Made by a program: the position numbers and the translations under genes. A DNA stretch of 64,000 bases from Caldisericota bacterium (GTDB lineage: Bacteria > Caldisericota > Caldisericia > UBA6126 > JAGPKI01). Under the pieces are notes generated by a model. That model saw nothing but the letters and a program-made list of their open reading frames with translations, ran no database searches and had not been told where the DNA came from. Positions 49,326 to 59,401 of the stretch are shown here, piece by piece; position 1 is the stretch's first letter, and every line of letters begins with the position of its first letter. The stretch is from positions 1,543-65,542 of the forward strand of contig JBPOJC010000039.1 of assembly GCA_052034135.1 (NCBI GenBank), read 5' to 3'.

Positions 49326-50567
49326 GTGCAAAAAATTCACAGAGTAGCTATTACAGGCATTGGTGTAATTACTTCATTAGGAATTGATAAAGATGAGTTT
49401 TTTAATAATCTTCTCTCAGGAAAATCTGGAATTGACCTAATAAAAAGTTTTGATACGAAGGAATTTGCTGTTCGTATTGGAGGCGAAATATTAGATTTCG
49501 ACGCATCATTGTATTTACCTCAGAAAGAAATTCAACGAATGGATAGATTTTGTCAGTTTGGTGTAATAGCTTCTATGCTTGCTTATGAGGATGCAAAAAT
49601 TCATTTAACTGATGAAGAAAAAGAAGAATTTGGCATAATTATTGGTTCTGGTATAGGTGGTGTTAGCACTTTTGAGAAAGAATATAGGGTATTAATAGAG
49701 CGTGGACCAAGCAAAATCGGCCCATTTTTTATTACAAAAATGATAGGTAACATGGCATCTGGTCAAGCTGCCATCTTTCTTGGAGCAAAAGGGTATACTT
49801 CAGATCCTGTTACTGCATGCGCATCCGGAACAAATGCAATTGGAGACGCTTTTAGACGAATAAAATATGGTAATGAAAAGTTTATGATTGCAGGTGGAGC
49901 AGAAGCAGCAGTAACTCCTCTTGCTCTTTCTGGTTTTGCAGCTATGAGGGCTCTGTCAAGAAGAAATGATGCCCCAAAACTTGCAAGTAGACCGTTTGAT
50001 AAAGACAGAGATGGATTTGTTCTTGGAGAAGGAGCAGGAGTACTATTCCTTGAAGAATATGAACATGCTTTAAATAGAGGAGCACACATCTATGCCGAAA
50101 TTGTCGGTTACGGTGCTTCTTGTGATGCATATCACATTACGCTTCCTGATCCAACAGCTGAAGGTGCTTCTAAATGTATGCGTAAGGCGTTAAAAGAAGC
50201 CAATATAGAGCCTAATCAAGTAGATTATATTAATACTCACGGAACATCTACTCCTGCGAATGATGTTACTGAAACCAAAGCAATTAAAAAAGTTTTTGGG
50301 GACCATTCTTATAAGTTAGTAATAAATTCTACCAAGTCTATGATAGGACATCTCTTAGGAGCAGCTGGAGGAGTAGAAACAGCTGTAACAGTTCTATCAA
50401 TAGAAAAAGGATTTGTGCATCCAACAATTAATCTTGATAATCCCGATCCAAACTGTGATTTAGACTATGTTCGAGATGGTCCCAGAAAGGTAAATATAAG
50501 ACACGCACTTAGTAATTCTTTTGGTTTTGGCGGTCATAATTTTTCAATTTTGTTAAAGAAGGTCTAA
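49326..50567 (+). CDS. fabF: 3-oxoacyl-ACP synthase II
   Basis: GTG start. TACASGTNAIG active-site Cys, plus the HGTST/GHLLGAAG His motifs. Confidence 0.9.
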   Translation: MQKIHRVAITGIGVITSLGIDKDEFFNNLLSGKSGIDLIKSFDTKEFAVRIGGEILDFDASLYLPQKEIQRMDRFCQFGVIASMLAYEDAKIHLTDEEKEEFGIIIGSGIGGVSTFEKEYRVLIERGPSKIGPFFITKMIGNMASGQAAIFLGAKGYTSDPVTACASGTNAIGDAFRRIKYGNEKFMIAGGAEAAVTPLALSGFAAMRALSRRNDAPKLASRPFDKDRDGFVLGEGAGVLFLEEYEHALNRGAHIYAEIVGYGASCDAYHITLPDPTAEGASKCMRKALKEANIEPNQVDYINTHGTSTPANDVTETKAIKKVFGDHSYKLVINSTKSMIGHLLGAAGGVETAVTVLSIEKGFVHPTINLDNPDPNCDLDYVRDGPRKVNIRHALSNSFGFGGHNFSILLKKV

Positions 50568-51446
50568 ATGATACCATTCAATAGAAATAATGAGCCAAAG
50601 ATTATAAGGCCATGGAATCCTGTTCCAACTGATTCACCTGAATGGTTAAAATGCACAAATTGTAAAACTCTTATTTATACAAAACAGCTCAAAGAAAACC
50701 TGAATATTTGTCCAAAATGTAATTATTATTTTAAAATGACCGCAAGAGAAAGAATTGACCTGCTTTTAGATCCAAACTCCTTTTTTGAGATGTTTTCTGA
50801 TATGGAAAGCTATGATATATTAGGATTTGATGATGGTAAAAAATCATATTCTCAAAAACTAAAAGAAGCTGAACAAAAAACAGGTCTTAAGGAAGCTATA
50901 ATAACTGGCGAAGGATTAATTAGTGGACATAAAGTTTGTATAGGCGTGATGGAGTTTGATTTTATTGGCGGAAGTATGGGAATAGTTGTTGGGGAAAAAG
51001 TTTTTCGTCTTGCAGAGCACGCTACTGAAAAGAATCTTCCACTGATTATTGTATCAGCTTCAGGGGGAGCAAGAATGCAGGAAGGTATGTTCTCTTTAAT
51101 GCAGATGGCGAGAACTTCCGCTGCTATAGGTAAATTCAAGAATAATAACGGTCTTTATATATCAATTTTAACCAATCCTACAACAGGTGGAGTTAGTGCG
51201 AGCTTTTCTTTTTTGGGAGATATAATTATTGCCGAGCCTAACGCTTTGATAGGTTTTGCTGGAGCAAGAGTAATAGAGCAAACAACAAAACAAAAGCTTC
51301 CTCCACGTTTTCAAACAGCTGAATTTCTTCTTGAGCATGGTTTCATTGATAAAATTGTAGAGAGAAAATTTCTAAAAAAGATGCTTAGTAAAATTTTAAC
51401 TTTTTATGAAAGAAGTAGAGTAAAAGATGAATTTCTTACCATTTGA
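50568..51446 (+). CDS. accD: Acetyl-CoA carboxylase carboxyltransferase beta subunit
   Basis: N-terminal Cx2C...Cx2C zinc ribbon (CTNCKTLIY...CPKCNYY) and CT-beta domain. Confidence 0.9.
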   Translation: MIPFNRNNEPKIIRPWNPVPTDSPEWLKCTNCKTLIYTKQLKENLNICPKCNYYFKMTARERIDLLLDPNSFFEMFSDMESYDILGFDDGKKSYSQKLKEAEQKTGLKEAIITGEGLISGHKVCIGVMEFDFIGGSMGIVVGEKVFRLAEHATEKNLPLIIVSASGGARMQEGMFSLMQMARTSAAIGKFKNNNGLYISILTNPTTGGVSASFSFLGDIIIAEPNALIGFAGARVIEQTTKQKLPPRFQTAEFLLEHGFIDKIVERKFLKKMLSKILTFYERSRVKDEFLTI

Positions 51447-52407
51447 AAAACCCATTATAGAAATCGAGGATAAAATTGTTGAACTTGAAAAAGAAAGCCA
51501 AGAAAAAGGTATTGATCTAAGCTCTTCAATTGAAGAATTAAGGCGTGAATTAAATTCAGAAATAGATAGAATATTCTCAAATTTGTCACCATGGGAAATT
51601 GTTCAACTTGCAAGACATCCAGAAAGACCAAAAACATCTGACTACATTAGGCATATTATTCCAGATTATGTTTTTTTCTGCGGGGATAGACTTTTAAGAG
51701 AAGATAGTGCTATTTTTGGCGCATTAGGCACTTTAGATAATCAAACAGTTATGATAATTGGTCATAATAAAGGTAAAAATATTAAAGAGAATTTAAAATT
51801 TAATTTTGGTATGGCAAACCCAGAAGGTTATAGAAAAGCTTTAAGACTAATGAGATTAGCAGAAAAATTTAATTCTCCCATAATTACTCTCGTTGATACT
51901 TCTGGGGCATACCCTGGAATAGAAGCAGAAGAACATGGACAGGCAGAAGCAATTGCAAGAAACTTGCAGGAAATGTTTACCATAAAAGTTCCAATTGTTT
52001 GTGTTGTAACGGGCGAAGGTGGCTCAGGTGGTGCATTAGGAATAGGCGTTTCTGATAAATTATTGATGTTACAATACTCAATCTATTCAGTTATTTCTCC
52101 AGAAGGATGCGCTTCAATACTTTGGAAAGATTCGAGCAAAGCCCTCCTTGCTGCTGAATTGCTTAAATTAACAGCTAAAGATTTACTTAATTTTGGAATA
52201 ATTGACAAAATAATTGAAGAACCACCTGGAGGTGCTCACAGAAATCCAAAAGAGGCATTAAATAGAGTGAAAGATGAACTAATAAATGCTCTTTCTTCTG
52301 TTAGGAAAGAATACAGTTCACAAAATGATTTAATTGTTAAACGATACGAAAAATTTAGAAAAATTGCTTCTTATGATTATATGAATTCAATTAATAGAAA
52401 GGCATAA
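51427..52407 (+). CDS. accA: Acetyl-CoA carboxylase carboxyltransferase alpha subunit
   Basis: A typical AccA sequence (PERPKTSDYI...GEGGSGGALG) that overlaps accD. Confidence 0.9.
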   Translation: MNFLPFEKPIIEIEDKIVELEKESQEKGIDLSSSIEELRRELNSEIDRIFSNLSPWEIVQLARHPERPKTSDYIRHIIPDYVFFCGDRLLREDSAIFGALGTLDNQTVMIIGHNKGKNIKENLKFNFGMANPEGYRKALRLMRLAEKFNSPIITLVDTSGAYPGIEAEEHGQAEAIARNLQEMFTIKVPIVCVVTGEGGSGGALGIGVSDKLLMLQYSIYSVISPEGCASILWKDSSKALLAAELLKLTAKDLLNFGIIDKIIEEPPGGAHRNPKEALNRVKDELINALSSVRKEYSSQNDLIVKRYEKFRKIASYDYMNSINRKA

Positions 52408-52413
52408 TATAGA

Positions 52414-53376
52414 ATGCCAATATATATTTATTCATTTATTTATTCAGTTTTATTTATGCTTTTTACTGTACCACTTGCAATAAAAGCAGGATTTAAGTTT
52501 GATATCTTAGATAAAGTAGAAGTAGAAGAAGAAAAAAGTGATAAAAATAAAGAAAAAAGAGAAAAACTTCATACAAAAACAACTCCTCGAACTGGCGGTA
52601 TAGCAGTTTTCATAAGTTTTTGGCTATCTATAATTCTTACCATAGGCTTTAGTAGGGAAATTTTAGGTATATTTTTAGGTTCTCTTTTTCTTTTCTTTGT
52701 AACGCTTTATGATGATAAATTTGATCTTTCTCCAAAAATCAAACTTATTGCACAGGTCATAGCAGCCTCTATTCCAATATTTTTTGGTGTTAAGATTAAT
52801 TTCCTGAGCGCAATATTCTCAAAACAATACTATGCCATAGGTTTATGGGGTATACCTCTTACAATTTTATGGTCAGTTGCGCTTGTTAACGCTTTAAACT
52901 GGATTGATGGTTTAGATGGGTTAGCATCTGGAATTGCAGCAATTGCAAGTTTAGGTATTGTTATGATTTCCCTAAATAGAGGATTGATTGTGGCAGCGAC
53001 ACTGGGTTTGTCGCTTGCAGGTGTTTGTTTGATTTTCTTAAGATATAATTTTTACCCTGCGAAAATATTTCTTGGTGATTGTGGTGCACAATTTTTAGGT
53101 TATATAATTTCAATGATAGCAATATTAGGTGGACTTAAAACTTCTACAAGCGTTATTATTATAGTATCAGCAATAGCATTAGGTGTTCCGATTTTTGATG
53201 TAGTATTTTCTATCTTTACAAGAATGAGAAAAGGGAAACCAATATATAAAGCTGATCTTGAAAATATTCATTATCAACTTCATAGAAAGGGTTGGGGGCA
53301 GCGAAGAATTGCATTTCTCTTCTATGCTGTAACTCTTTTTCTCTGTATAATACCATACTTTATCTTTGCAAGATGA
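52414..53376 (+). CDS. Undecaprenyl-phosphate GlcNAc-1-phosphate transferase-like (GT4 WecA/TagO/MraY family)
   Basis: Polytopic. YDDKFDL (DDxxD) and NALNWIDGLDGLA motifs of the polyprenyl-phosphate N-acetylhexosamine-1-P transferase family. Confidence 0.75.
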   Translation: MPIYIYSFIYSVLFMLFTVPLAIKAGFKFDILDKVEVEEEKSDKNKEKREKLHTKTTPRTGGIAVFISFWLSIILTIGFSREILGIFLGSLFLFFVTLYDDKFDLSPKIKLIAQVIAASIPIFFGVKINFLSAIFSKQYYAIGLWGIPLTILWSVALVNALNWIDGLDGLASGIAAIASLGIVMISLNRGLIVAATLGLSLAGVCLIFLRYNFYPAKIFLGDCGAQFLGYIISMIAILGGLKTSTSVIIIVSAIALGVPIFDVVFSIFTRMRKGKPIYKADLENIHYQLHRKGWGQRRIAFLFYAVTLFLCIIPYFIFAR

Positions 53377-54536
53377 AATCAATGAAACCCAAGGTTTTAT
53401 TCACTTTTGGCACAAGACCTGAAGCCATTAAAATGGCTCCAGTAATAAGTGCTTTTTTAAAGGATAATTCTTTTATAACAAAAATCGTGCTCACAGCACA
53501 ACACAGAGAAATGCTTGATCAGGTATTATCAATCTTTGATATCGAGGGCGATTATGACTATAATATAATGACGGAAAAGCAAAGTCTTGAATTTATAACC
53601 ACTTCTGTTTTAGAAAGATTTACCACTACTTTAAAAGAAGAAAGTCCTGATTTAGTTTTCGTTCATGGCGATACAACTACAACTTTTGCTTCGGCACTAT
53701 CTTCTTTTTATCAAAATATACCAGTTGCACACATTGAAGCAGGTTTACGTTCTTGGGACCTAAGAAATCCATTCCCTGAAGAAATGAACAGAAAGTTAGC
53801 TGACTCATTGTCTGATTTACACTTTTGTCCAACTCAAACAGCAAAATATAATTTAATGAAAGAGAATGTTAAAAGCAGAGGCATATACATAACTGGAAAT
53901 ACTGTTGTCGACGCACTAACAAGTATAATTAAAGCAATTGAACGTGATAGCTTCTCCACTAATAATAGATCTGACAATAGTAAGATCATTCTTCTTACTA
54001 TGCATCGAAGAGAAAGCCTTGGAGAGCCAATGAGAGAAGTTATGGAGTCAATTAGAGATGTTGTAATTCAAAATAAAGACTCAAAGTTAATTTTTCCTGT
54101 CCACAAAAACCCATATGTTAGGGAGATAGTTTTTCCTGTTTTTGAGGGAGTTAGCAGGGTTGAATTGATTGAACCATTAGATTATTTATCATTTATTAAA
54201 CTTATGAAAAAAGCATATATTATTGTTTCCGATTCAGGAGGAATTCAAGAAGAAGCCCCTACTTTAAAAAAGCCAGTGTTATTAACAAGGAAAGTCACTG
54301 AAAGACCTGAGGGAATTGAGTCAGGAGTTGTAAAATTAGTTGGAACTGATTCAAAAAATGTTAAAGATGAATTAAACAAATTATTAAACGATAAAGATTA
54401 TTATGAAAGTTTTGTTGCAAAAGAGAATCCCTTCGGTGATGGTTATGCATCTTTAAGAATTCTTAAATTTGTAAAGGAATTCTTTAACCTACCGATTAAT
54501 TCAGAAGAAGTATCAAAATTAGGAGAGTTTAATTAA
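53373..54536 (+). CDS. wecB: UDP-N-acetylglucosamine 2-epimerase (non-hydrolysing)
   Basis: Start at ATG 53373, overlapping the upstream stop by 4 bp (ATGA). FGTRPEAIKMAPV and HGDTTTT motifs. The longer track ORF from 53292 is an artefact of the overlap. Confidence 0.85.
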   Translation: MKSMKPKVLFTFGTRPEAIKMAPVISAFLKDNSFITKIVLTAQHREMLDQVLSIFDIEGDYDYNIMTEKQSLEFITTSVLERFTTTLKEESPDLVFVHGDTTTTFASALSSFYQNIPVAHIEAGLRSWDLRNPFPEEMNRKLADSLSDLHFCPTQTAKYNLMKENVKSRGIYITGNTVVDALTSIIKAIERDSFSTNNRSDNSKIILLTMHRRESLGEPMREVMESIRDVVIQNKDSKLIFPVHKNPYVREIVFPVFEGVSRVELIEPLDYLSFIKLMKKAYIIVSDSGGIQEEAPTLKKPVLLTRKVTERPEGIESGVVKLVGTDSKNVKDELNKLLNDKDYYESFVAKENPFGDGYASLRILKFVKEFFNLPINSEEVSKLGEFN

Positions 54537-54542
54537 ACACCC

Positions 54543-55805
54543 ATGAAGTACATTGTTGAAGGCGGTAAAAATTTAAAAGGCGAAATAAAAATTAGTGGTT
54601 CTAAAAATGCCACTATGCCAATACTTTCTGCCTGTCTTCTTATTAACGGCAGAGTAAAACTTACAAATGTTCCTAATTTAAGGGATATTCAAACATTTTT
54701 TAAAATATTTAATAAAATAGGCGTAAGTGTAATTAAAGAATCCGATAGTACTTATGTTATAGACTCTTCAAATGTAAAGACTGGTGAAATAACAGGCGAT
54801 GATATAGAGCGGGTTAGAGGTTCTCAAACTCTTCTCGGTGCACTTCTTTCAAGATTTGGATCAGTTACTCTTCCTTCACTTGGAGGTTGCCAGATAGGCG
54901 CAAGACCAATAGACCTTCACCTTAAAGGTTTAACGGCAATGGGGGCAGAAGCATCCTTTATTAAAGGCGCTATTCATTTGGAAGCATCAAAACTTATGGG
55001 TTCTCATATTTATCTTGATTACTCGAGTGTTGGAGCTACGGAAAATTTGATTCTTGCAGCATGCATGGCAGATGGAAATACCATAATCGAAAATGCAGCT
55101 GAGGAGCCAGAAATAGTTGATCTGATTAATTTTCTCAATAAAGCTGGCGCAAAAATAACTGGACTTGGTTCTAAAACAATAAAAATTGTTGGTGTTCATG
55201 AACTCAGGCCTATTAGTCACAGAATTATGCCTGATAGGATTGAAGCTGGAACTTACATGGTTGCCTCTGCAATTACAAAAGGTGACATCACCCTTGAAAA
55301 CTTATCAGTTTCTGATCTTACGTCTGTAATTTTTAAACTAAGAGAGATAGGAATTGATATAACTATTCTGAATCAGGATAAATTAAGAGTAAAGATGAAT
55401 TCAAGACCCTCAAGTTTTAAAATAAAAACGATGCCATATCCAGGTTTTTCTACCGATTTACAATCAGCAATGCTTTCTTTGGCTTGCATAGCAAACGGAG
55501 TAAGTATGATAAACGAGACAGTTTTTGAAAATAGATTTTTAGTAGTTCCAGAGCTTATAAAAATGGGGGCAAAAATTACAACTAATGATAGGATGGCAAT
55601 TGTTACTGGTGTAGAAGAACTCTTTCCTGCTATTGTCGATGCTCCAGATCTTCGTGGCGGTGCAGCTCTTGTGCTGGCAGCTCTGACTGCAAAGGGCGAA
55701 GGCGAGATAAATTCAGTTGAAATAATTGAGCGTGGCTATGAAGATATGGATAGGAAGTTAAGAGAAGTTGGAGGAGTAATTAGAAAAGTGGAGGACAATA
55801 AATGA
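54543..55805 (+). CDS. murA: UDP-N-acetylglucosamine 1-carboxyvinyltransferase
   Basis: GSKNAT; the active-site Cys in LGGCQIGARPIDLH; 420 aa. Confidence 0.9.
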   Translation: MKYIVEGGKNLKGEIKISGSKNATMPILSACLLINGRVKLTNVPNLRDIQTFFKIFNKIGVSVIKESDSTYVIDSSNVKTGEITGDDIERVRGSQTLLGALLSRFGSVTLPSLGGCQIGARPIDLHLKGLTAMGAEASFIKGAIHLEASKLMGSHIYLDYSSVGATENLILAACMADGNTIIENAAEEPEIVDLINFLNKAGAKITGLGSKTIKIVGVHELRPISHRIMPDRIEAGTYMVASAITKGDITLENLSVSDLTSVIFKLREIGIDITILNQDKLRVKMNSRPSSFKIKTMPYPGFSTDLQSAMLSLACIANGVSMINETVFENRFLVVPELIKMGAKITTNDRMAIVTGVEELFPAIVDAPDLRGGAALVLAALTAKGEGEINSVEIIERGYEDMDRKLREVGGVIRKVEDNK

Positions 55806-56320
55806 TAGTAATTGATGAAAAGGGCAGGCTGTTTGGAAAGATAAATTTATTTGACTTTATAATCATAGTTTTAATCTGCATTTTACTTGCATTTGGAATT
55901 TCAAAAATTGTTCAAAGATATTTCGTAAAAAAATCATATGATCAATATATTATTCAGTTAAAAGTTCCAAATATTGAGGAACAGGTGGCTAAGTCTATAG
56001 AAAAGGGCAACCCTATTATAACTGCAACAGGAGCTAAATTTGGTGAAATAATTACAGATCCAGTTATTAAGCAAACAGAGGTTTATGTGGTAACTTCTGA
56101 GGGAATAATAGTTCCGAGAACTCAGCCTAAACTCAAGGATGTATATTTTAGCATTCTTATTTCAGTACCAAAGGGAGCTAAAACAATAAATTATGGAAAT
56201 CAAACATTTAAAGTTGGAGCTTCTGGATTCATAGAAACTTACTTTGGTAAGTATCCTATATCAGTACTCTCGATAGAAAAATATAATCCAACAACTCCAG
56301 AACCAGCTAAAACTCCTTAA
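55802..56320 (+). CDS. Hypothetical N-terminally anchored protein
   Basis: One TM segment followed by a soluble domain. It is wedged between murA and murJ with overlapping or short gaps. No recognisable motifs. Confidence 0.45.
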   Translation: MIVIDEKGRLFGKINLFDFIIIVLICILLAFGISKIVQRYFVKKSYDQYIIQLKVPNIEEQVAKSIEKGNPIITATGAKFGEIITDPVIKQTEVYVVTSEGIIVPRTQPKLKDVYFSILISVPKGAKTINYGNQTFKVGASGFIETYFGKYPISVLSIEKYNPTTPEPAKTP

Positions 56321-56341
56321 AAGGTTATTAATTATTCATAA

Positions 56342-57889
56342 ATGAAGATTAAATTCAACACACTATTTAAAAATGTTGGAATTATTACAGTAGGCATTGC
56401 TATAAGCAGAATACTTGGTCTTGTAAGGGAAATTGTCATTGCTAATAGATTTGGAACATCAGCAGCAAAGGATGCCTTCGAAGTTGGTTCTTATATACCT
56501 GTTAGTATTTCAAATTTGCTTGTTGCAGGTGTTTTTAGTGCTGTATTTATTCCTCTATTCACAAAATATATCTATAATGAAAGAAAAGATGAACTTAGAG
56601 AAATTATCTCTGTCCTGATAAACCAGTTTACTGTAATAATAGGTATAGTTTTAATCATTTTTTATCTTTTATCCCCTTATATTATAAAGATACAGGCTCC
56701 ATTTTTTGATCCATATAGGTTTTCCATGGCAAAAAAGATATTTGAAATAGCAATACCATCAATTTATTTTCTTAGTATTGCTGCCATGGCAACAGGTATT
56801 CTTAATTCTCTAAAGATGTTTGGTATTCCTACGCTCGGAGGTATTGTATTTAACTTATCTGTTGTGATAATTGTTTTACTTCTTTCAAGTAAATTTGGTA
56901 TTTATAGTGCAGCTCTCGCTCTTGTTATTGGTGCAATTGGGCAATTAATAATTCAGTTACCTTGGATTTATAAAAATGAATTAGGTTATAAATTTACATT
57001 CAAATTAAATCACCCCGCTATAAGAGAAGTTTATGTTCTTATTATTCCAGTTTTGCTCGGATCTTGCATAAATTATCTTGCTCCCTTTATAGAAAGATTT
57101 TTTGGATCAGGATTACCTGAAGGAATGATTTCTGCTTTAAGCTATTCATTTAAAGTTTCGCAGTTTCCAGTTGGCCTTTTTGCACTTGCAATATCTTCTG
57201 TTGTGTTTCCTTTTCTTTCCGAAAATGTTATTTGCAATAACAGTAAAGCATTAGAAGACAATCTCGAATGGGCTTTAAAGTTTGTTATGCTCATCATGAT
57301 CCCTGCAACAGTTGGCCTTTTTGCGATATCATATCCGACTGTAAGGCTGCTTTTTCAAAGTGGTGAGTTTTTAGAAAGTTCTACTGCAATTACTGCAACT
57401 GCTTTAAAATATTATTCATTAGCACTTGTTCCGTGGTCTTTTACGGCAGTTTTGATAAAAGTTTTCTACTCCAATAAAGATACAAGAACACCAGTTATAG
57501 TAGCGCTTATAACTATTTGTATTTTGTTTATAGCAGATGCAATACTTGTAAAATCAATGCAGTATAAAGGATTAGCATTAGGTTCAGTTATTGCTGCCTA
57601 TATAAATGCCTTGCTTCTCTTAATAATAATAAGAAAAAAGTATAAATGTATAAGAATATCTCGCCTTATTAAAACTGGGTTAGCAACAATATTTTCATCA
57701 TTAGCTATGTTTACTGTTATTTATTTTCTTTTAAAATATTTTGAAGGGAATATGAAACTTTTAACGAAATTTAACCAACTTTTAGAGGTTATTGTCTTGC
57801 TTGTTGCAGGCGTTGTAACATATTTTAGTTTTGCTTATTTAACTTTAAAATCCGATTTAAAAGGTATAATAGAGTATGAAAATAAATAA
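56342..57889 (+). CDS. murJ: Lipid II flippase MurJ (MviN family)
   Basis: VGIAISRILGLVREIVIANRFGTSAAKDAFEV N-terminal signature; about 14 TM segments; 515 aa. Confidence 0.85.
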   Translation: MKIKFNTLFKNVGIITVGIAISRILGLVREIVIANRFGTSAAKDAFEVGSYIPVSISNLLVAGVFSAVFIPLFTKYIYNERKDELREIISVLINQFTVIIGIVLIIFYLLSPYIIKIQAPFFDPYRFSMAKKIFEIAIPSIYFLSIAAMATGILNSLKMFGIPTLGGIVFNLSVVIIVLLLSSKFGIYSAALALVIGAIGQLIIQLPWIYKNELGYKFTFKLNHPAIREVYVLIIPVLLGSCINYLAPFIERFFGSGLPEGMISALSYSFKVSQFPVGLFALAISSVVFPFLSENVICNNSKALEDNLEWALKFVMLIMIPATVGLFAISYPTVRLLFQSGEFLESSTAITATALKYYSLALVPWSFTAVLIKVFYSNKDTRTPVIVALITICILFIADAILVKSMQYKGLALGSVIAAYINALLLLIIIRKKYKCIRISRLIKTGLATIFSSLAMFTVIYFLLKYFEGNMKLLTKFNQLLEVIVLLVAGVVTYFSFAYLTLKSDLKGIIEYENK

Positions 57890-58853
57890 AATATTTTTAA
57901 TAATCATAATAATAATTCTCAGCGTTTCAGCTATTTTTGGTATTTATTTATGGAATTTATTTGCCCGTATCTCTCCAGAAACCGAAGAGGCTAAAAAGGT
58001 TAGAAGTAATTTCAAAATTAATTGGTCTGACAGGGTAAATATTCTCCTTGTAGGTTGCGATAATCGTAAAAATTTAAATCTCGGGATAAGAAGTGACACT
58101 ATGATTCTTGCAAATGTTGATTTTAAGACTAAAAAAATCAAATTGCTTTCTATCCCGAGAGATACTCGTATTATTATACCAGGCCATGAAACATATGATA
58201 AAATAAATTCTACGATTAATCCTGCTTATTGGGAAGATGGTGGAATCTCTTTAACTTTGAAGGCATTAGAAAGTTTATTAGATGTTCCAATAAAGCTTTA
58301 TGTAAAAGTTGATTTCGAAGGTTTTAAAAAGATTGTAGATTCAATTGGTGGAATTAAATATTATGTTGAAAGCGATATGTACTATTACGATCCAACAGAT
58401 GGAACTCTAATTAATCTTAAAGAAGGAGAGCAAATTCTTGATGGAGATAAAGCTCTTCAGTATGTTAGGTTTAGAAATGATGCCTACGGGGACTTTGCAA
58501 GGGATTCAACTGGTAAAATTTATGGAAGAGTTTCAAGACAGATGAATTTTATGAAAGCAGTGGCTTTAAAATTATCTGAGAATAAGAATATATTGAAAAT
58601 AAGCAATTTAATAAATATTATAAGTTGTTATGTTGAAACAAATATTAGCTCCTCCGAACTTTTAAAGGCAGCTATAACGTTGAAAGATATTTCAGTTGAT
58701 AACGATATAATATTCCTTAGCTTTCCTGGAGATGCTCAATTTATCGATAATTTATCTTATGTTGTTCCTGATGAAGAGGAATTAAAGGAACTTGTAGCAA
58801 AAGAACTAAAAACAGTTAAACTAAATACTTCTTCAACTAACGGTGCTCCATAA
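57876..58853 (+). CDS. LytR-CpsA-Psr (LCP) family cell-envelope phosphotransferase
   Basis: N-terminal TM segment. LLVGCDNR...RSDTMILANV...LSIPRDT LCP core motifs. Confidence 0.8.
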   Translation: MKINKIFLIIIIIILSVSAIFGIYLWNLFARISPETEEAKKVRSNFKINWSDRVNILLVGCDNRKNLNLGIRSDTMILANVDFKTKKIKLLSIPRDTRIIIPGHETYDKINSTINPAYWEDGGISLTLKALESLLDVPIKLYVKVDFEGFKKIVDSIGGIKYYVESDMYYYDPTDGTLINLKEGEQILDGDKALQYVRFRNDAYGDFARDSTGKIYGRVSRQMNFMKAVALKLSENKNILKISNLINIISCYVETNISSSELLKAAITLKDISVDNDIIFLSFPGDAQFIDNLSYVVPDEEELKELVAKELKTVKLNTSSTNGAP

Positions 58854-58858
58854 CTAAA

Positions 58859-59401
58859 ATGGACATTGTCGCTATTTATAGAAATTCATTCACTTTTCTT
58901 TTCTTAAGCAAAATATACGAGATAATTTCTCAAAGTTTCACATGGAATCTATTGGTTAGAATAGGCATATTATTTTCTAATGCATTCAATTCAAGCTTGA
59001 CAGTGAAACTATTTTTAAATGAAGAAAGTTTCTTAAATAGGTTTTTTGATGATTCTTTCATAGTAAGGTTTTTGAAAAAAATATTTTTTGGATTGGCTGT
59101 AGTTATTATAGAATTTAATAAAAATTTATTTAATGATTCTTTTACAAATAACAGTTTTAATTCCATAAAAAAAGACTTAACTCAAAATGCAATTAAATTT
59201 TCCTCTTATTTAATTCTATGCTGGATCACTGTTTACGTTATTGTTGAATTAGTTTTTGGTAATGGATTTACAAAGCTTGAAATGCTTATTTACATTCTTT
59301 TAGTTATAATATTCTTTTTATTTACAAGAATTGAAGTATCGCATCGCGAAATTATTAAAGGAAGCTTTATTATAAAATGGATCAAAGGAATATTCGAGTA
59401 A
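58859..59401 (+). CDS. Hypothetical protein (weak call)
   Basis: 180-aa ORF between the LCP and ligase genes. The composition is biased, there is no SD, and it overlaps the next gene. Confidence 0.3.
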   Translation: MDIVAIYRNSFTFLFLSKIYEIISQSFTWNLLVRIGILFSNAFNSSLTVKLFLNEESFLNRFFDDSFIVRFLKKIFFGLAVVIIEFNKNLFNDSFTNNSFNSIKKDLTQNAIKFSSYLILCWITVYVIVELVFGNGFTKLEMLIYILLVIIFFLFTRIEVSHREIIKGSFIIKWIKGIFE